Source: an uncultured Acidobacteriaceae bacterium
GTDB lineage: Bacteria > Acidobacteriota > Terriglobia > Terriglobales > Acidobacteriaceae
Direction of reading: 5' to 3'
DNA length: 64,000 nt
Assembly: GCA_963698865.1 (NCBI GenBank)
Contig: CAVOSL010000002.1
Coordinates: 166,514-230,513 of the forward strand
The notes under the pieces were generated by a model. That model searched no databases. It was not told the DNA's origin and saw nothing but the letters and a program-made list of their open reading frames with translations. The translations under genes were made by a program, and so were the position numbers. The first letter of the stretch is position 1, and each line of letters begins with the position of its first letter. Of the stretch, positions 8,691-19,341 are shown one piece after another.

Positions 8691-10093
8691 ATGACTCCCA
8701 TTCCGCAGTCTCCCCGACATAGCGAGTCTTCCCACCCCGAGCTCGCCCGCGACCTCAAGCTCTCGCACGCGGGAGCGGTCGTAGTCGGCACCATTATCGG
8801 CAGCGGAATCTTTCTTGTTCCGCAGGAGATGATGCAGGCGGTTGGCTCGGCGCGCATCGTCTATCTGGCGTGGATGGTGGGCGGCGTGCTCTCTTTCTTC
8901 GGCGCGCTGACCTATGCCGAACTCGGCGCTATGAAGCCACAGGCAGGCGGCGAATACGTCTACGTGCGCGACGCCTATGGCCCGCTGGCCGGCTTCCTCT
9001 ACGGCTGGACGTGGTTTCTGATCGCCAAGCCGGCTTCCATCGCCACCGTCACCACCGGCCTCGTCCGCACGCTTGCAACCTTTCCTGTCTTTTATTTCTT
9101 CTCGCAGAACTGCTTCGCGATCTCATCAGTTTCGCGGTCACCTACGGTCAAATCGTGGCCATCGGCGCGGCCATCGCCATCACCTGGCTCAACTACATCG
9201 GCGTGCGCAAGGCCGGCGAATTCCAATTTCTGTTCACGTTGCTGAAGGTCGCGGTCATCCTCGCTATCGTCGTGGTGGGGTTCACTTACAAAGCAGGTAC
9301 ATGGGCAAACTTCTCGACCCATTTCCCGGGCGCCAAGGGCGGCGTCGACGGCTTTTTCCTGGCGCTCGTCGCCGCGCTCTGGGCCTACGATGGCTGGAAC
9401 GATCTCAACATGGTCGCGGGAGAAATTCGTAATCCGCAGCGCAACATCCCGCTCTCGCTCATCTGGGGAGTCGCAACCGTCGGACTTCTCTACATCCTCG
9501 TGAATGCAGCCGTGCAATACGTCATGCCGGCAGCCGCGATCGCAGCTTCGGCGCGTCCGGCCGCCGACACGGTTGGGATGGCGCTCGGGCACGTTGGCGC
9601 CAGTTTGGTCTCGGTCGGGATCGCCATTTCGATGCTCGTGACTCTGAATGGCACGACCATGAGCGGAGCCCGGGTGCCCTTCGCCATGTCGCGCGACGGA
9701 TACTTCTTCCAGGCGATTGCGAAAGTCCACCCGCGGTTCCGCACGCCGTCGGTCGCGCTGCTCGTGCAGTGCGCGCTATCGATCATCCTGTTGTTGGGCG
9801 GCGGAAATTTTCGCCAATTCTTCTCGCTCGCCATCTTCGCCGAATGGCTTTTCTACATGATCGCGGCCAGCACGGTGTTCGTCTTCCGCTACCGGGATCC
9901 CAACGCAGACAGGCCCTATCGTGTGATGGGATATCCTCTTGTGCCCGCGATTTTCATTCTCGCGTCGGCGAGGCTGCTTTACTCCACCTTCACGGACAAT
10001 CTGCCTTACTCTGAGTACGGCTGCCTCGCCATCCTGGCGGGCGTGCCAATCTTCTACTTTTTCAAATGGAAACGCGCCCGCACACTATCGTAA
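8691..10093 (+). CDS. APC-family amino acid permease, frameshifted in this assembly near 9080-9100
   Basis: Frame 0 gives the N-terminus (GTIIGSGIFLVPQEMM, YAELGAMKPQAGGEYVYV). Homology then continues in the 8870 frame (AELLRDLISFAVTYGQIVAIGAAIAITWLNYIGVRKAGEFQ...). The junction lies in a T-rich run, gtcttttatttcttctc. Confidence 0.8.
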
Positions 10094-10213
10094 TGAGGTA
10101 ACCACTGCAACCGCTAAAGCCGGTTACCAAAGGACAGGCGCACCCGACACGTTTACCCCCTAATGAAACTCCCATAAGGTGAAGACTCCAAGTCCTGAGC
10201 CACTCCCCGGCTC

Positions 10214-11290
10214 ATGATCCTCCATTGGAGTCTAGGGATGCCTACGGTCAATCGCGAGTTTCAACTCGGAATTTTGCCCGAAAAAAAGTGGGACTGGCGC
10301 ACCTTTGCCGCCAGTTACGGGTTTGTGACGGCATGCGCGGCATTTCTCTGCTTTTTCGGGATTTTCATGCCTGACACGCTCAAGGTCTCGCTGAACTACC
10401 ACGTCACCGAGCTGATCCCGCGTCCGGCGCTTATTCCGGAGCGGATCCACAAGCTTCCACCGAAGGTGCAGGCCAAACTGTTGCCGCCCGATCCGGTGTT
10501 TAAGGCTCCAAAGATCATAGTTCCGCGCGAGGTGGTCACGCCTAAGGTCAAGCCGCAGGAAGTTGAGGCTCCCAAGGTCGCGATGAACAATTTCATGCCC
10601 GCCGCGCTCAAGGTAACTCCCGGCGGCGCTCGCCCAATGCTGATTCACACCGGAGAATTTCAGGGCAGTTCGGTTGCGCCTACGGTGAATGCGCCGGTTG
10701 ACAAAGTGCAGACCGGCGGCTTTGGCGATCCCAACGGACTGAAGCCCAACGCCAACAGCAAGCCTGGCGGCAAGCTGATCGCTTCCGCAGCGGGCTCATT
10801 TGACATGCCGGTGGGACCGGGCCAGGGCAACGGCTCCGGCGGCGCAAAAGGAATCAAGGGCACGGTGGCCAGCGCGAATTTCGGCGACGGCATTGCCACG
10901 CCGGGCCGCGGCGATGGACGTAGTGGCGGCCAAGGCCACGCCGTGCAGACCTCTGGCTTCGGAACCCAGGAAGTCGCGCAGAACACACCCCACGCGCAGA
11001 GGATGGATACAGGACCGGCTTCGACGGCTGTCGAGATCACCTACAAGCCGAATCCGGTTTACACCGCAGAAGCGAGAGAGCTGAAGATCGAAGGCGAAGT
11101 TTTATTGGAAGTGATGTTCACGGCGAGCGGGCAACTGCACGTAAGCCGTGTGGTGCGCGGTCTGGGACATGGCCTCGATGAGGCCGCCATGGCCGCCGCC
11201 AACAAGATGCGTTACAAGCCGGCCACCCGCAGCGGACAGGCCGTGGATTCAACAGCGATTGTGCACGTCGTATTTCAACTGGCGTACTGA
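10214..11290 (+). CDS. TonB family energy transducer
   Basis: TM helix, Pro/Lys-rich spacer (PPKVQAKLLPPDPVFKAPKIIVP), and C-terminal TonB domain YKPNPVYTAEARELKIEGEVLLEVMF...MRYKPATRSGQAVD. The start may be the ATG at 10238. Confidence 0.85.
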   Translation: MILHWSLGMPTVNREFQLGILPEKKWDWRTFAASYGFVTACAAFLCFFGIFMPDTLKVSLNYHVTELIPRPALIPERIHKLPPKVQAKLLPPDPVFKAPKIIVPREVVTPKVKPQEVEAPKVAMNNFMPAALKVTPGGARPMLIHTGEFQGSSVAPTVNAPVDKVQTGGFGDPNGLKPNANSKPGGKLIASAAGSFDMPVGPGQGNGSGGAKGIKGTVASANFGDGIATPGRGDGRSGGQGHAVQTSGFGTQEVAQNTPHAQRMDTGPASTAVEITYKPNPVYTAEARELKIEGEVLLEVMFTASGQLHVSRVVRGLGHGLDEAAMAAANKMRYKPATRSGQAVDSTAIVHVVFQLAY

Positions 11291-11307
11291 AACGGGGAGA
11301 TGAGGTT

Positions 11308-13113
11308 ATGCGCACTCGAAACATGATGGTTCTGGCTCTGCTGGCGGTCGCGATGACGGCAGCGGCTCAACAAACTACGTCCGCGCCACAGAACTCGTCG
11401 GCTGGACAGGCAGGTACAACCTCAGCCCAAACCGCGCCCGCCCAGGCACAGAGCAACGTCGCTCCGCCTACCACCATGGATCAGGTCATCGACCGGGCGA
11501 TCGCGCGCGAGAAGGATCTCATCAAGTTCCTGGAGCCGCGCACGCCGGTTGTCGAAACCTATCTGCAGAACCTCCAACAGGACCCGCAACTCGGGCCGAT
11601 TCCGCAGGACGACCACTACTTCCTCGGACGCATGGACCTGAGCGATTCGATCGACCGCTCCGATTATCTGAAGGACAAGGATAAGGACAAAGAAGAGAGC
11701 ATGGAGAAGCGCCTCCTCGGCGGCTTGACCAATAAATTTAAGTTCCAATACCAGCCGCTCGGTTTTTCGTGGATGATCTACGCCGACCGAAACGACTTCG
11801 ACCGCCAGCACTATGAATTTCATTACGTGCGCCGCGAATTCCTGGGCGACGTGCGCAGCCTGGTGTTCGACGTCACTCCCAAGAAAGATGCTGGCCGCGG
11901 ACGCTTCCTGGGCCGCATCTGGATCGAGGATCAGGATTTCAACATCGTTCGCCTCAACGGCACCTACAGCCATCCCACGCGCAACACCTACTACTTCCAC
12001 ATGGACAGTTGGCGCCTGAACCTGATTCCCGGTTACTGGCTGCCCTCTTACATCTACAGCGAAGAAGGAAACTTTACCGCCGGAGCGAAGAACAAGCTCG
12101 CCTTCAAAGCGCAGACGCGCCTGTGGGGCTACAACCTGAAGATGGGCAAAACGGATGACGAACTCACGCAGATCCGCGTGGACAGCGTGAAGGACACTTC
12201 GCCCGACGCGCAGGACGCCTCTCCGCTGGCCGCCGAACGCGAATGGCAGCAGCAGGCGGAAGATAACGTCATCGAGCGCCTGGAGCGCTCGGGCTTGCTG
12301 GCGCCCGAAGGCGATGTCGACAAGGTCCTCCAGACGGTCGTCAACAATCTGCTGATCACCAACAACGTCGAACTGCCGCGCCCCGTGCGCACGCGCGTGC
12401 TGACGACTTCTCCGCTTGAAACCTTCAGCGTGGGCAACACCATCGTCGTGAGCCGCGGTTTGATCGACGTGCTTCCCGACGAGGGTAGCCTCGCCATGGT
12501 GCTTTCGCATGAACTGGCGCACATCGTTCTCGGTCACAACCTCGGCAGCCAGTATGCCTTCAATGACCGCATGCTCTTCTCTGACGAGGGAACGTTCCAC
12601 AACCTCGGGTTCAAACACATTCCTGAGGAGGAAACCGCCGCCGATAAGAAAGCCGTCGACATGCTGAAGGCTTCTCCGTATGCGCAGAAGCTTGAGACGG
12701 CGGGACTGTTCCTGAAAGCTCTGCAAACGCGCGCTCCGCAACTGTCGGCCCTGCTTCAGGCCCACCTCGGCAACAACTTCGCCGAGAACGGCACCGTGAC
12801 CCGCATGGCCGCGCTCGAAACCTCGGCGCCCGCGCTCGATTGGAACAAGCTCGATCAGATCGCCGCGCTGCCCCTGGGCGGACGCGTCAAGCTGAATCCC
12901 TGGGACAACAAAGTTGAGATGGTGAAGGCACAGCCGGTATCAATCACTTCCGCGCGCGACAAAATGCCGTTCGAAGTCACTCCCTTCTTCCCGCGCCTGG
13001 TACGCTACAACGCGACCACGCCCACGGGAAATGGGGCGCCTTCGACGACCGCAGCCAATCAGACGGCAGCACCGGCAACCACCACGTCTGCCGATGCCGA
13101 GCCCAGCCACTAA
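11308..13113 (+). CDS. secreted M48-type zinc metallopeptidase
   Basis: Signal peptide MRTRNMMVLALLAVAMTAAAQ. HExxH motif in LAMVLSHELAHIVLGHN. Confidence 0.7.
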   Translation: MRTRNMMVLALLAVAMTAAAQQTTSAPQNSSAGQAGTTSAQTAPAQAQSNVAPPTTMDQVIDRAIAREKDLIKFLEPRTPVVETYLQNLQQDPQLGPIPQDDHYFLGRMDLSDSIDRSDYLKDKDKDKEESMEKRLLGGLTNKFKFQYQPLGFSWMIYADRNDFDRQHYEFHYVRREFLGDVRSLVFDVTPKKDAGRGRFLGRIWIEDQDFNIVRLNGTYSHPTRNTYYFHMDSWRLNLIPGYWLPSYIYSEEGNFTAGAKNKLAFKAQTRLWGYNLKMGKTDDELTQIRVDSVKDTSPDAQDASPLAAEREWQQQAEDNVIERLERSGLLAPEGDVDKVLQTVVNNLLITNNVELPRPVRTRVLTTSPLETFSVGNTIVVSRGLIDVLPDEGSLAMVLSHELAHIVLGHNLGSQYAFNDRMLFSDEGTFHNLGFKHIPEEETAADKKAVDMLKASPYAQKLETAGLFLKALQTRAPQLSALLQAHLGNNFAENGTVTRMAALETSAPALDWNKLDQIAALPLGGRVKLNPWDNKVEMVKAQPVSITSARDKMPFEVTPFFPRLVRYNATTPTGNGAPSTTAANQTAAPATTTSADAEPSH

Positions 13114-13404
13114 CGCCTGAACGTAGCGACGGCGACTCCACAGTAGTTGGCGGTCGCCTCGCCCCGAAACCCTTCGAGTTGATGGAAGCGCAGGCTGGAG
13201 CCGGAAGCAATTCCGGCCTTCAGCCTGTGTCTTATTTTGGATACAACTTGGGCGGGACAACCCTGCCATCAACTATCTCTGATCGTTCTAAATCCGGCTC
13301 CGAGCGCGCCTTTTCAATGCTATTCATTCCTATCCAATCCGGCGAAAGTTTGATAGCATGGTCACCCCGCGCGCGAGCGCGCAAGCCGTAGTCCCCCAGG
13401 GAGG

Positions 13405-14901
13405 GTGAGGATGGTCCCAACTTCTGTTCAAGAGGATACCAGTGTGCCTAATGTTCGTGGCAGTTCACTCAAGCTGTTAAGTGTCTTTGCTGTGTTTGTG
13501 TTGCTCATTTCCACCGCGACCGCGCAATCCGTACAAAGCCTGAAGCATCAACCGCCGATTAGTATCCAGTTGGCATTTCAATCGACCGATGGCACGGTCC
13601 TCGCGCAAAGCTATAACGACCCGGTCTGGTATAAGCTCACGCCCGACAACACCGGAAGCTACGTGAACGGAACGTGGAGTCAGATGGCCAGCCTGCCTGC
13701 GGCGTATTCGCCCGACGCGTTTGCGTCTGCCGTGCTAGCGGATGGCCGTCTGATCATCGTCGGTGGCGAATATAACTTTGGCAACTTCGCGCTGACCAAC
13801 CAAGGCGCGATCTACGATCCCGTGGCGAATACCTGGACTACGGTTACTCCTCCGAAAGGATGGAAGTATATCGGCGATTCCCCATCGACGGTGTTGCCCA
13901 ACGGCAATTTCCTCGTCGGCAACAAGCTCACCAAGAAACTCCAGCAATATAACCCCACTACGAATACATGGTCCTCTCTCAGCCCCAAGGGCAAGTCGGA
14001 CTTCGATGCTGAGGAAGGATGGACTCTGCTGGCGAATGGCACAATCTTAACCGCCGACGTGCAGAATGCCCCCAACTCCGAAATCTACTCAACCACCCCT
14101 AAGAAGAAGTGGGTCAGCGCCGGCAGCACGATCGTCGACCTGCACTCGCCGTCGCCCTTCGGCTGCATCAACTACGGCCCCAAAGGCAAACTCTGCTACT
14201 ACCCGCCTGGAGAGATTGGCCCGCAGATCCTCCGTCCTGATGGCACCGTCTTCGTGACAGGCTCGTACACGAACACAGGAAATGGAGCCGGACACACCGC
14301 CATTTATGACAGTCTGGCCGGCGGCTGGACGGTCGGACCCGACTTCCCCAACGGTGATAACGCCGGTGATTCCTTTGCCGTGTTGTTGACCAACGGCGAC
14401 GTGCTCGTCGAAGGCGATTCCGGGCAGGGCTACATCTGGGACGGGAATACCTTTAAGGCCACCAACTATCTAGGAGGGGCTCTGATGGTTCTGCCTACGG
14501 GCCAGATCCTGGTTACCGGCAATTCAGCAGCCGTCTATAATTCGGCCGGAACTTACCAGAGTTCGTGGCAGCCCGCGATCACGAGTTGTCCCACTACAGT
14601 AACTCGTGGTTCGACTTACTCGATCTCCGGTACCCAGTTCAATGGTCTATCGCAGGCAAACCACTTTGGGGATGAATACGAGACCGCAACCAATTATCCG
14701 CTCGTTCGGATCACCAACAACGCCACCGGCCATGTGTTCTACGCGAGGACTCACGGCCACAGCACGATGGGCGTCGCCACCGGTTCGGCCATTGTTTCAA
14801 CGAACTTTGATGTGTCTGCGGCGACGGAAACGGGCGCGAGCACCTTGGCGGTGGTAGCCAATGGCATCCCCTCTGCACCGTTTAGCATTACTGTACAGTA
14901 A
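13405..14901 (+). CDS. secreted Kelch/galactose-oxidase-like beta-propeller protein with C-terminal IPT/TIG-like domain
   Basis: Signal/TM segment, DGRLIIVGGEYNFGN Kelch-like blades, Ig-like C-terminal ~100 aa. The exact start is uncertain. Confidence 0.6.
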   Translation: MRMVPTSVQEDTSVPNVRGSSLKLLSVFAVFVLLISTATAQSVQSLKHQPPISIQLAFQSTDGTVLAQSYNDPVWYKLTPDNTGSYVNGTWSQMASLPAAYSPDAFASAVLADGRLIIVGGEYNFGNFALTNQGAIYDPVANTWTTVTPPKGWKYIGDSPSTVLPNGNFLVGNKLTKKLQQYNPTTNTWSSLSPKGKSDFDAEEGWTLLANGTILTADVQNAPNSEIYSTTPKKKWVSAGSTIVDLHSPSPFGCINYGPKGKLCYYPPGEIGPQILRPDGTVFVTGSYTNTGNGAGHTAIYDSLAGGWTVGPDFPNGDNAGDSFAVLLTNGDVLVEGDSGQGYIWDGNTFKATNYLGGALMVLPTGQILVTGNSAAVYNSAGTYQSSWQPAITSCPTTVTRGSTYSISGTQFNGLSQANHFGDEYETATNYPLVRITNNATGHVFYARTHGHSTMGVATGSAIVSTNFDVSAATETGASTLAVVANGIPSAPFSITVQ

Positions 14902-14941
14902 GCGTTGAGTAAGTGCTGTTTTTGGCGGATTACTGTGAGAT

Positions 14942-14985
14942 TACCCCAGGTTCACACGCACTTTGAGTGTGCTAACCTGGGGTAT
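14942..14985. terminator. bidirectional hairpin terminator between convergent genes
   Basis: taccccaggtt...aacctggggta forms an 11-bp perfect outer stem plus an inner cacac/gtgtg pairing, followed by tttc. Confidence 0.5.
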
Positions 14986-15050
14986 TTCTATCGCAGTTAA
15001 CAATAGGATACAAGAGACACGGTGGCGAGAGACACAACCCTAGCCGCAAC

Positions 15051-15764
15051 CTAGAAGTGCCTCTTAAGATCGTCGAAGCGATCGACCACGAGTAAGCGCT
15101 GCGAGGCAGGGGCGCTAGCCAGCTCTTCGTGCTCCAGGATCCACGTATCGTTGTGAGGCACAAACACCGCGTGCAGCCCGGCCGCCAGCGCTGGATTGAT
15201 ATCCGACTTCGGACTATTCCCCACCATCCAGGTGTAATCAGGCTCAAGCGCATACTTCGCGACAGCCGAGCGGTACGTGGCCTCGTCTTTTTCGGCGACG
15301 ATCTCTACCGCGGCAAAATATTCTTTCAATCCGGAACGCTCCACTTTCCCGGCCTGCTCGGCGGGATGCCCCTTGGTCATGAGAATGAGGTGATGGCGCT
15401 GGTTCAGATAATCCAGCGTTTCCGGCACGCCGGTGATAATCTCGACCGGATGCTCCGCAATCTGATGCGCGAAGCTGTGGATGCGCTCGTGCAGCTCCGG
15501 CGTGATCGGCTCGGCGGACAGTTTCTCGAACGTCTCAAGCAGGGAATGCGCAAAGCTGTGCAGCCCGTAGCCGTGCTTCACAATGGAGTCGCGCTCCACA
15601 TCGTTCAGTACCAACCGTACCTGCTCGGGCGTGTATTCTCGATGATTCAGGAACGAGATGAACTTCCCGATCGCGCGTTCAAAATAAATGTTGTTTTCCC
15701 AGAGCGTGTCATCGGCGTCAATAAGCAGGGTCTGGGCGCCATTCGAATCCGACATGACTACCAT
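15051..15764 (-). CDS. HAD-superfamily hydrolase
   Basis: Motif I LLIDADDTLWEN. ORF is open to 15878, but the ATGs at 15764/15755 fit the divergent neighbour. Confidence 0.8.
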   Translation of the reverse strand: MVVMSDSNGAQTLLIDADDTLWENNIYFERAIGKFISFLNHREYTPEQVRLVLNDVERDSIVKHGYGLHSFAHSLLETFEKLSAEPITPELHERIHSFAHQIAEHPVEIITGVPETLDYLNQRHHLILMTKGHPAEQAGKVERSGLKEYFAAVEIVAEKDEATYRSAVAKYALEPDYTWMVGNSPKSDINPALAAGLHAVFVPHNDTWILEHEELASAPASQRLLVVDRFDDLKRHF

Positions 15765-15814
15765 GATACCGGGTGCCAAGACGCCGCAACTGCTTTGGTA
15801 GAATCGAGCACGCA

Positions 15815-17524
15815 ATGAGGGGCCGCCGCTTCGTTCTTTTTCTCGCTCTTCTACTATCGATGGCGCAAGCCGCTCCAACCGGGAAGCCTCGGGTCATGAC
15901 CGGTTCGGCGGCGCGCAGCGGCGTGCCGGCAAATTTGAGGGTCGTTCCCGACATTGCCGAACGCGTTGCGAAATTCCGCCGCGTCCAGATGCCGTTCCAC
16001 GCAACCGGCCTGACCACTCGCGAGCAGCAGATGATTCGCAAGCTGGTCGAAGCCTGCGGCTACCTGGAAAGCATTTATTGGCGGCAGAGTGATCCCGACG
16101 CCCTTACGCTTTATCAAGCGCTCGAGTCGAGCACAAACGCGCGCGACATTCTGCTCCGGCGCTATCTGTGGATCAACGCGTCGCGTTTCGATCCGATTCA
16201 CGATAACAAGCCATTCGCCGGCACGGGCTCGCTGCCTCCGGGTCACGGATTCTATCCTCCCAACCTCAGCACCGCGCAGATTGAACAGTACGTGCAGCGG
16301 CATCCCGATCAGAAAGCGGCAATCTACAATCAATTCACAATCGTTCGGTGGCACGGCAACGAACTCGAAACGGTCCCTTACGATATCGCCTATCGCACAT
16401 TTCTGGAGCCGGCCGCCCAGGCGTTGCGCGCTGCCGCAAAGCTCAGCAGCGATCAGGCGTTCGCCAACTTCCTGCGCCTGCGCGCCGACGCGCTTCTCAG
16501 CGATGACTATTTCGCCAGCGATCTGGCCTGGCTGGCGTTGAAAAATCCCAAAGTCGACATTATTTTCGCGCCTTATGAAACTTACATGGACGACCTGCTC
16601 GGAGTGAAGGGTTCGTATGGAGCGGCCGTCATGGTCCGCGATGACCGCGATAGCAAAAAGCTTGACGTCTTCGCCAAATACGTGCCCGACCTCCAGGACG
16701 CGTTGCCGCTCGCCGCCGAGGATCGCCCCTCTAAGCGCGGATTGCAGGCGCCGTTGGAAGTCGTCGACTCTCCGTTCCGCGCGGGCGACCTCACGCACGG
16801 CTACCAGGCGGTGGCCGACAATCTTCCCAACGATCCGCGCGTGCATGAGCAGGCGGGGAGCAAGAGAATTTTCTTTCGGAATTTCATGGACGCGCGCGTG
16901 AATTACGTGATCGTGCCGCTCGCCCGCAAGCTTATGGAGCCCGAGCAGGCGGCGAAGGTAACCAGCGATGGCTACCTGGTGGGAACCGTCCTGCACGAAA
17001 TTTGTCATGGCTTGGGCCCGGCCTTTGCGCGTACCAGCGCAGGAAAAGTCGATATTCGCGAAGCAATCGGCGCTCAGTTTAGCGCACTCGAAGAGGCCAA
17101 AGCCGATGCAGCCGGAATGTTCGCCGTGCAATGGCTCGTGGATCATGCCGTTCTGCCGAAAAAGAATCTCGAGGAGTATTACGCGTCCTACGTCGGCGAT
17201 CTGTTCCGCAGCGTCCGCTTTGGCACCATGGAGGCCCATGCCGAAGCCGAAATCATGGAGCTGAATTATCTGCTGGAACGGAGCGCGCTGCTTCGGAACG
17301 CGCACGGCCGCTACTTCATCGATTACGCAAAAATCCCGGCCGCCCTCTCCGATTTGTCCAAAGAGCTATTGGAAATCGAGGCCACCGGAGACCGCCAGCG
17401 TGCTGAAAACTGGTTCGCAAAATATTCCCGTGTGGGGGTCGATCTGAAACAATCTCTCCGGGCCACGTCCGATATTCCCATCGATATCGACCCCGTGTTC
17501 TCATTTGCGAACAAAGTAAAATAA
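15815..17524 (+). CDS. secreted M49-like (dipeptidyl-peptidase III-like) zinc hydrolase
   Basis: Signal peptide MRGRRFVLFLALLLSMAQA. VLHEICHGLGP, then LEEAKADAAG about 45 aa later, resembles the two DPP III zinc motifs in a pentapeptide HExxH variant. Confidence 0.5.
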   Translation: MRGRRFVLFLALLLSMAQAAPTGKPRVMTGSAARSGVPANLRVVPDIAERVAKFRRVQMPFHATGLTTREQQMIRKLVEACGYLESIYWRQSDPDALTLYQALESSTNARDILLRRYLWINASRFDPIHDNKPFAGTGSLPPGHGFYPPNLSTAQIEQYVQRHPDQKAAIYNQFTIVRWHGNELETVPYDIAYRTFLEPAAQALRAAAKLSSDQAFANFLRLRADALLSDDYFASDLAWLALKNPKVDIIFAPYETYMDDLLGVKGSYGAAVMVRDDRDSKKLDVFAKYVPDLQDALPLAAEDRPSKRGLQAPLEVVDSPFRAGDLTHGYQAVADNLPNDPRVHEQAGSKRIFFRNFMDARVNYVIVPLARKLMEPEQAAKVTSDGYLVGTVLHEICHGLGPAFARTSAGKVDIREAIGAQFSALEEAKADAAGMFAVQWLVDHAVLPKKNLEEYYASYVGDLFRSVRFGTMEAHAEAEIMELNYLLERSALLRNAHGRYFIDYAKIPAALSDLSKELLEIEATGDRQRAENWFAKYSRVGVDLKQSLRATSDIPIDIDPVFSFANKVK

Positions 17525-17541
17525 AACGTCCAAAATCGGCA

Positions 17542-18333
17542 ATGCCCTTCACTCCCGCCCATGTTGCCGCCGCTTTTCCTTTTCGCCGGTCGCGGCTGGT
17601 CTGGTCGGCCCTGATCGTCGGCACCATCGCTCCTGACCTCGAGTACTTCGTTCGCCTCGCGCCCGGGCATCCTTACGGTCACGCGGTTCCGGGTGTGTTC
17701 CTGGTCACTCTGCCGCTCGCGCTTGTCACGCTCTGGCTCTTCCACGCCCTCGTCAAAGTGCCTTTCATAGAACTGTTGCCCGAAGGCTTTAAGCGCAGGC
17801 TGGCGCCCTACGCTGGCAAATTTCGTTTTGGCGGCGCGGCGCGTTTTGCGTTGATCGTCGCGTCCATTCTGATCGGAATTTTGACGCACCTGATCTGGGA
17901 TTCCTTCACTCACGGAAACATGTGGCTAGTTCGCAACTGGCCTGCCCTGCGGCATCCGGTCCACATCAGCTTCCTTGGAGCCGTGCCCCTTTACAAGCTC
18001 TTGCAACATGCCAGCACTGTCTTCGGATTAACGGTTCTGGCGCTGTGGATTGCAGCATGGTATCGGAACGCCGAAGTTGCCGGCCGCCGCGCGGCCCATT
18101 CCCAAGGTGTCTGGCCCACAAAAAGGATTTTTACTCTCATCGCCATTGCCGCTATCGCTTCTTTGGCAGCGATCATTTACGCGCTCAAAGTCACAGGAAT
18201 CCCGTCCAACCGCGGCGAACTCGCCCGTTTCCTCGGCATCCTGGTTGTGATGGCAATCGCGGTGATGTGGTGGGAACTGGTTGTGCTGGGAATCTGGCGC
18301 TTAAAAACGAAGAACAGCCAAAGGGTTAGTTAA
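17542..18333 (+). CDS. DUF4184-family membrane protein
   Basis: MPFTPAHVAAAFPFRR N-terminus, multiple TM helices, HLIWDSFTH motif. Confidence 0.7.
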   Translation: MPFTPAHVAAAFPFRRSRLVWSALIVGTIAPDLEYFVRLAPGHPYGHAVPGVFLVTLPLALVTLWLFHALVKVPFIELLPEGFKRRLAPYAGKFRFGGAARFALIVASILIGILTHLIWDSFTHGNMWLVRNWPALRHPVHISFLGAVPLYKLLQHASTVFGLTVLALWIAAWYRNAEVAGRRAAHSQGVWPTKRIFTLIAIAAIASLAAIIYALKVTGIPSNRGELARFLGILVVMAIAVMWWELVVLGIWRLKTKNSQRVS

Positions 18334-18362
18334 AAGCTAATAGCCAGGAACTGGAAGCTACC
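18332..18362. repeat. GCTANNN heptamer word array
   Basis: aaaagctaatagccaggaactggaagctacc, lying between convergent genes. Confidence 0.5.
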
Positions 18363-19217
18363 TCACACCCACTCCACCCGCGGCTCGATCGGGATAATCC
18401 CGGCCTTGTGGCCCATGTCGAGCAAGCGCCGCACGGCTTCGCGTCCGTCGTCACCATAGTCGAGCGTGCGATCATTCACGTACATGCCGACAAACTTGTC
18501 GGCGAGCTGGGTATCTAGATCACGGGCAAACTGCATAGCGTAGGCCAGCGCTTCGTCGCGATGATCGATCGCGTACTGAATGCTTTCGCGCAGCGCCTGC
18601 GTCACGCTTGTCATCATCTCCGCACCGAGTGAGCGCCGGATGGCATTTCCGCCCAGCGGCAACGGCAGACCGGTCACTTTCAGCCACCACTTGCCAAGGT
18701 CGATCACGCGGTGCAGACCAGACTTGTCGTAGGTAAGCTGGCCCTCATGAATGATCAAGCCAGCCTCGTACTTCCCTTCCAGTATTTGCGGGATGATCTG
18801 GTCAAAAGGCACGACTTCCACTTCGATGCCGGGCGCAAAAAGTTGTAGCGCCAGATAGGCGGTTGTCAGTTTGCCGGGCACAGCAATTTTCTTGTTCTTG
18901 ATCTCGGTGGTCGTGAACGAGCGTGGCGAAACCACCATGGGGCCATAGCCATCGCCCACACTGCCGCCACACGACATCAACGCGTAGTTTTCCTGAATAT
19001 ACGGATAGGCATGGAACGAAATCGCCGTGACATCATAAACGCCCTGCTGCGCGTCGCGATTCAGCGTCTCGATATCGCACAACGTGTGGTTAAAGCGTAA
19101 CCCCGGCACCCGAACCTTGTTCGTGGCTAAGCCATAAAACATGAATGCGTCATCGGAGTCCGGGCTGTGCGCCACGGTAATTTCACGAACTGGAGAAGAA
19201 ACAGTACTCGTACTCAT
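18363..19217 (-). CDS. MqnA/MqnD/SBP-family menaquinone (futalosine pathway) protein
   Basis: ITVAHSPDSDDAFMFYGL N-terminal motif and periplasmic-binding-protein-like fold length (284 aa). Confidence 0.7.
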   Translation of the reverse strand: MSTSTVSSPVREITVAHSPDSDDAFMFYGLATNKVRVPGLRFNHTLCDIETLNRDAQQGVYDVTAISFHAYPYIQENYALMSCGGSVGDGYGPMVVSPRSFTTTEIKNKKIAVPGKLTTAYLALQLFAPGIEVEVVPFDQIIPQILEGKYEAGLIIHEGQLTYDKSGLHRVIDLGKWWLKVTGLPLPLGGNAIRRSLGAEMMTSVTQALRESIQYAIDHRDEALAYAMQFARDLDTQLADKFVGMYVNDRTLDYGDDGREAVRRLLDMGHKAGIIPIEPRVEWV

Positions 19218-19275
19218 AAATTCAGCTTTTCGACTTCTTAGTTGTGCAGCGATTGACCGACAAGACTATAAGCGT

Positions 19276-19300
19276 GTCATCCTGAGCGAAGCGAAGGACC
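19276..19300. repeat. short dispersed motif gtcatcctgagcgaagcgaaggacc
   Basis: A related copy, interrupted by an 18-nt insert, lies at 35406-35445. Confidence 0.45.
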
Positions 19301-19341
19301 TATGCATTTCTGCGTGCATCACCAAAATTTCTGTGCGACCG

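Noticed and set aside
9075-9105. Programmed ribosomal frameshifting, or true pseudogenes, as the explanation of the split genes.
   Set aside because: No slippery heptamer plus structure pattern is shared by the sites. Breaks hit essential topA twice, and several fall in homopolymers. Assembly indels are the parsimonious explanation, though this is not proven without reads.
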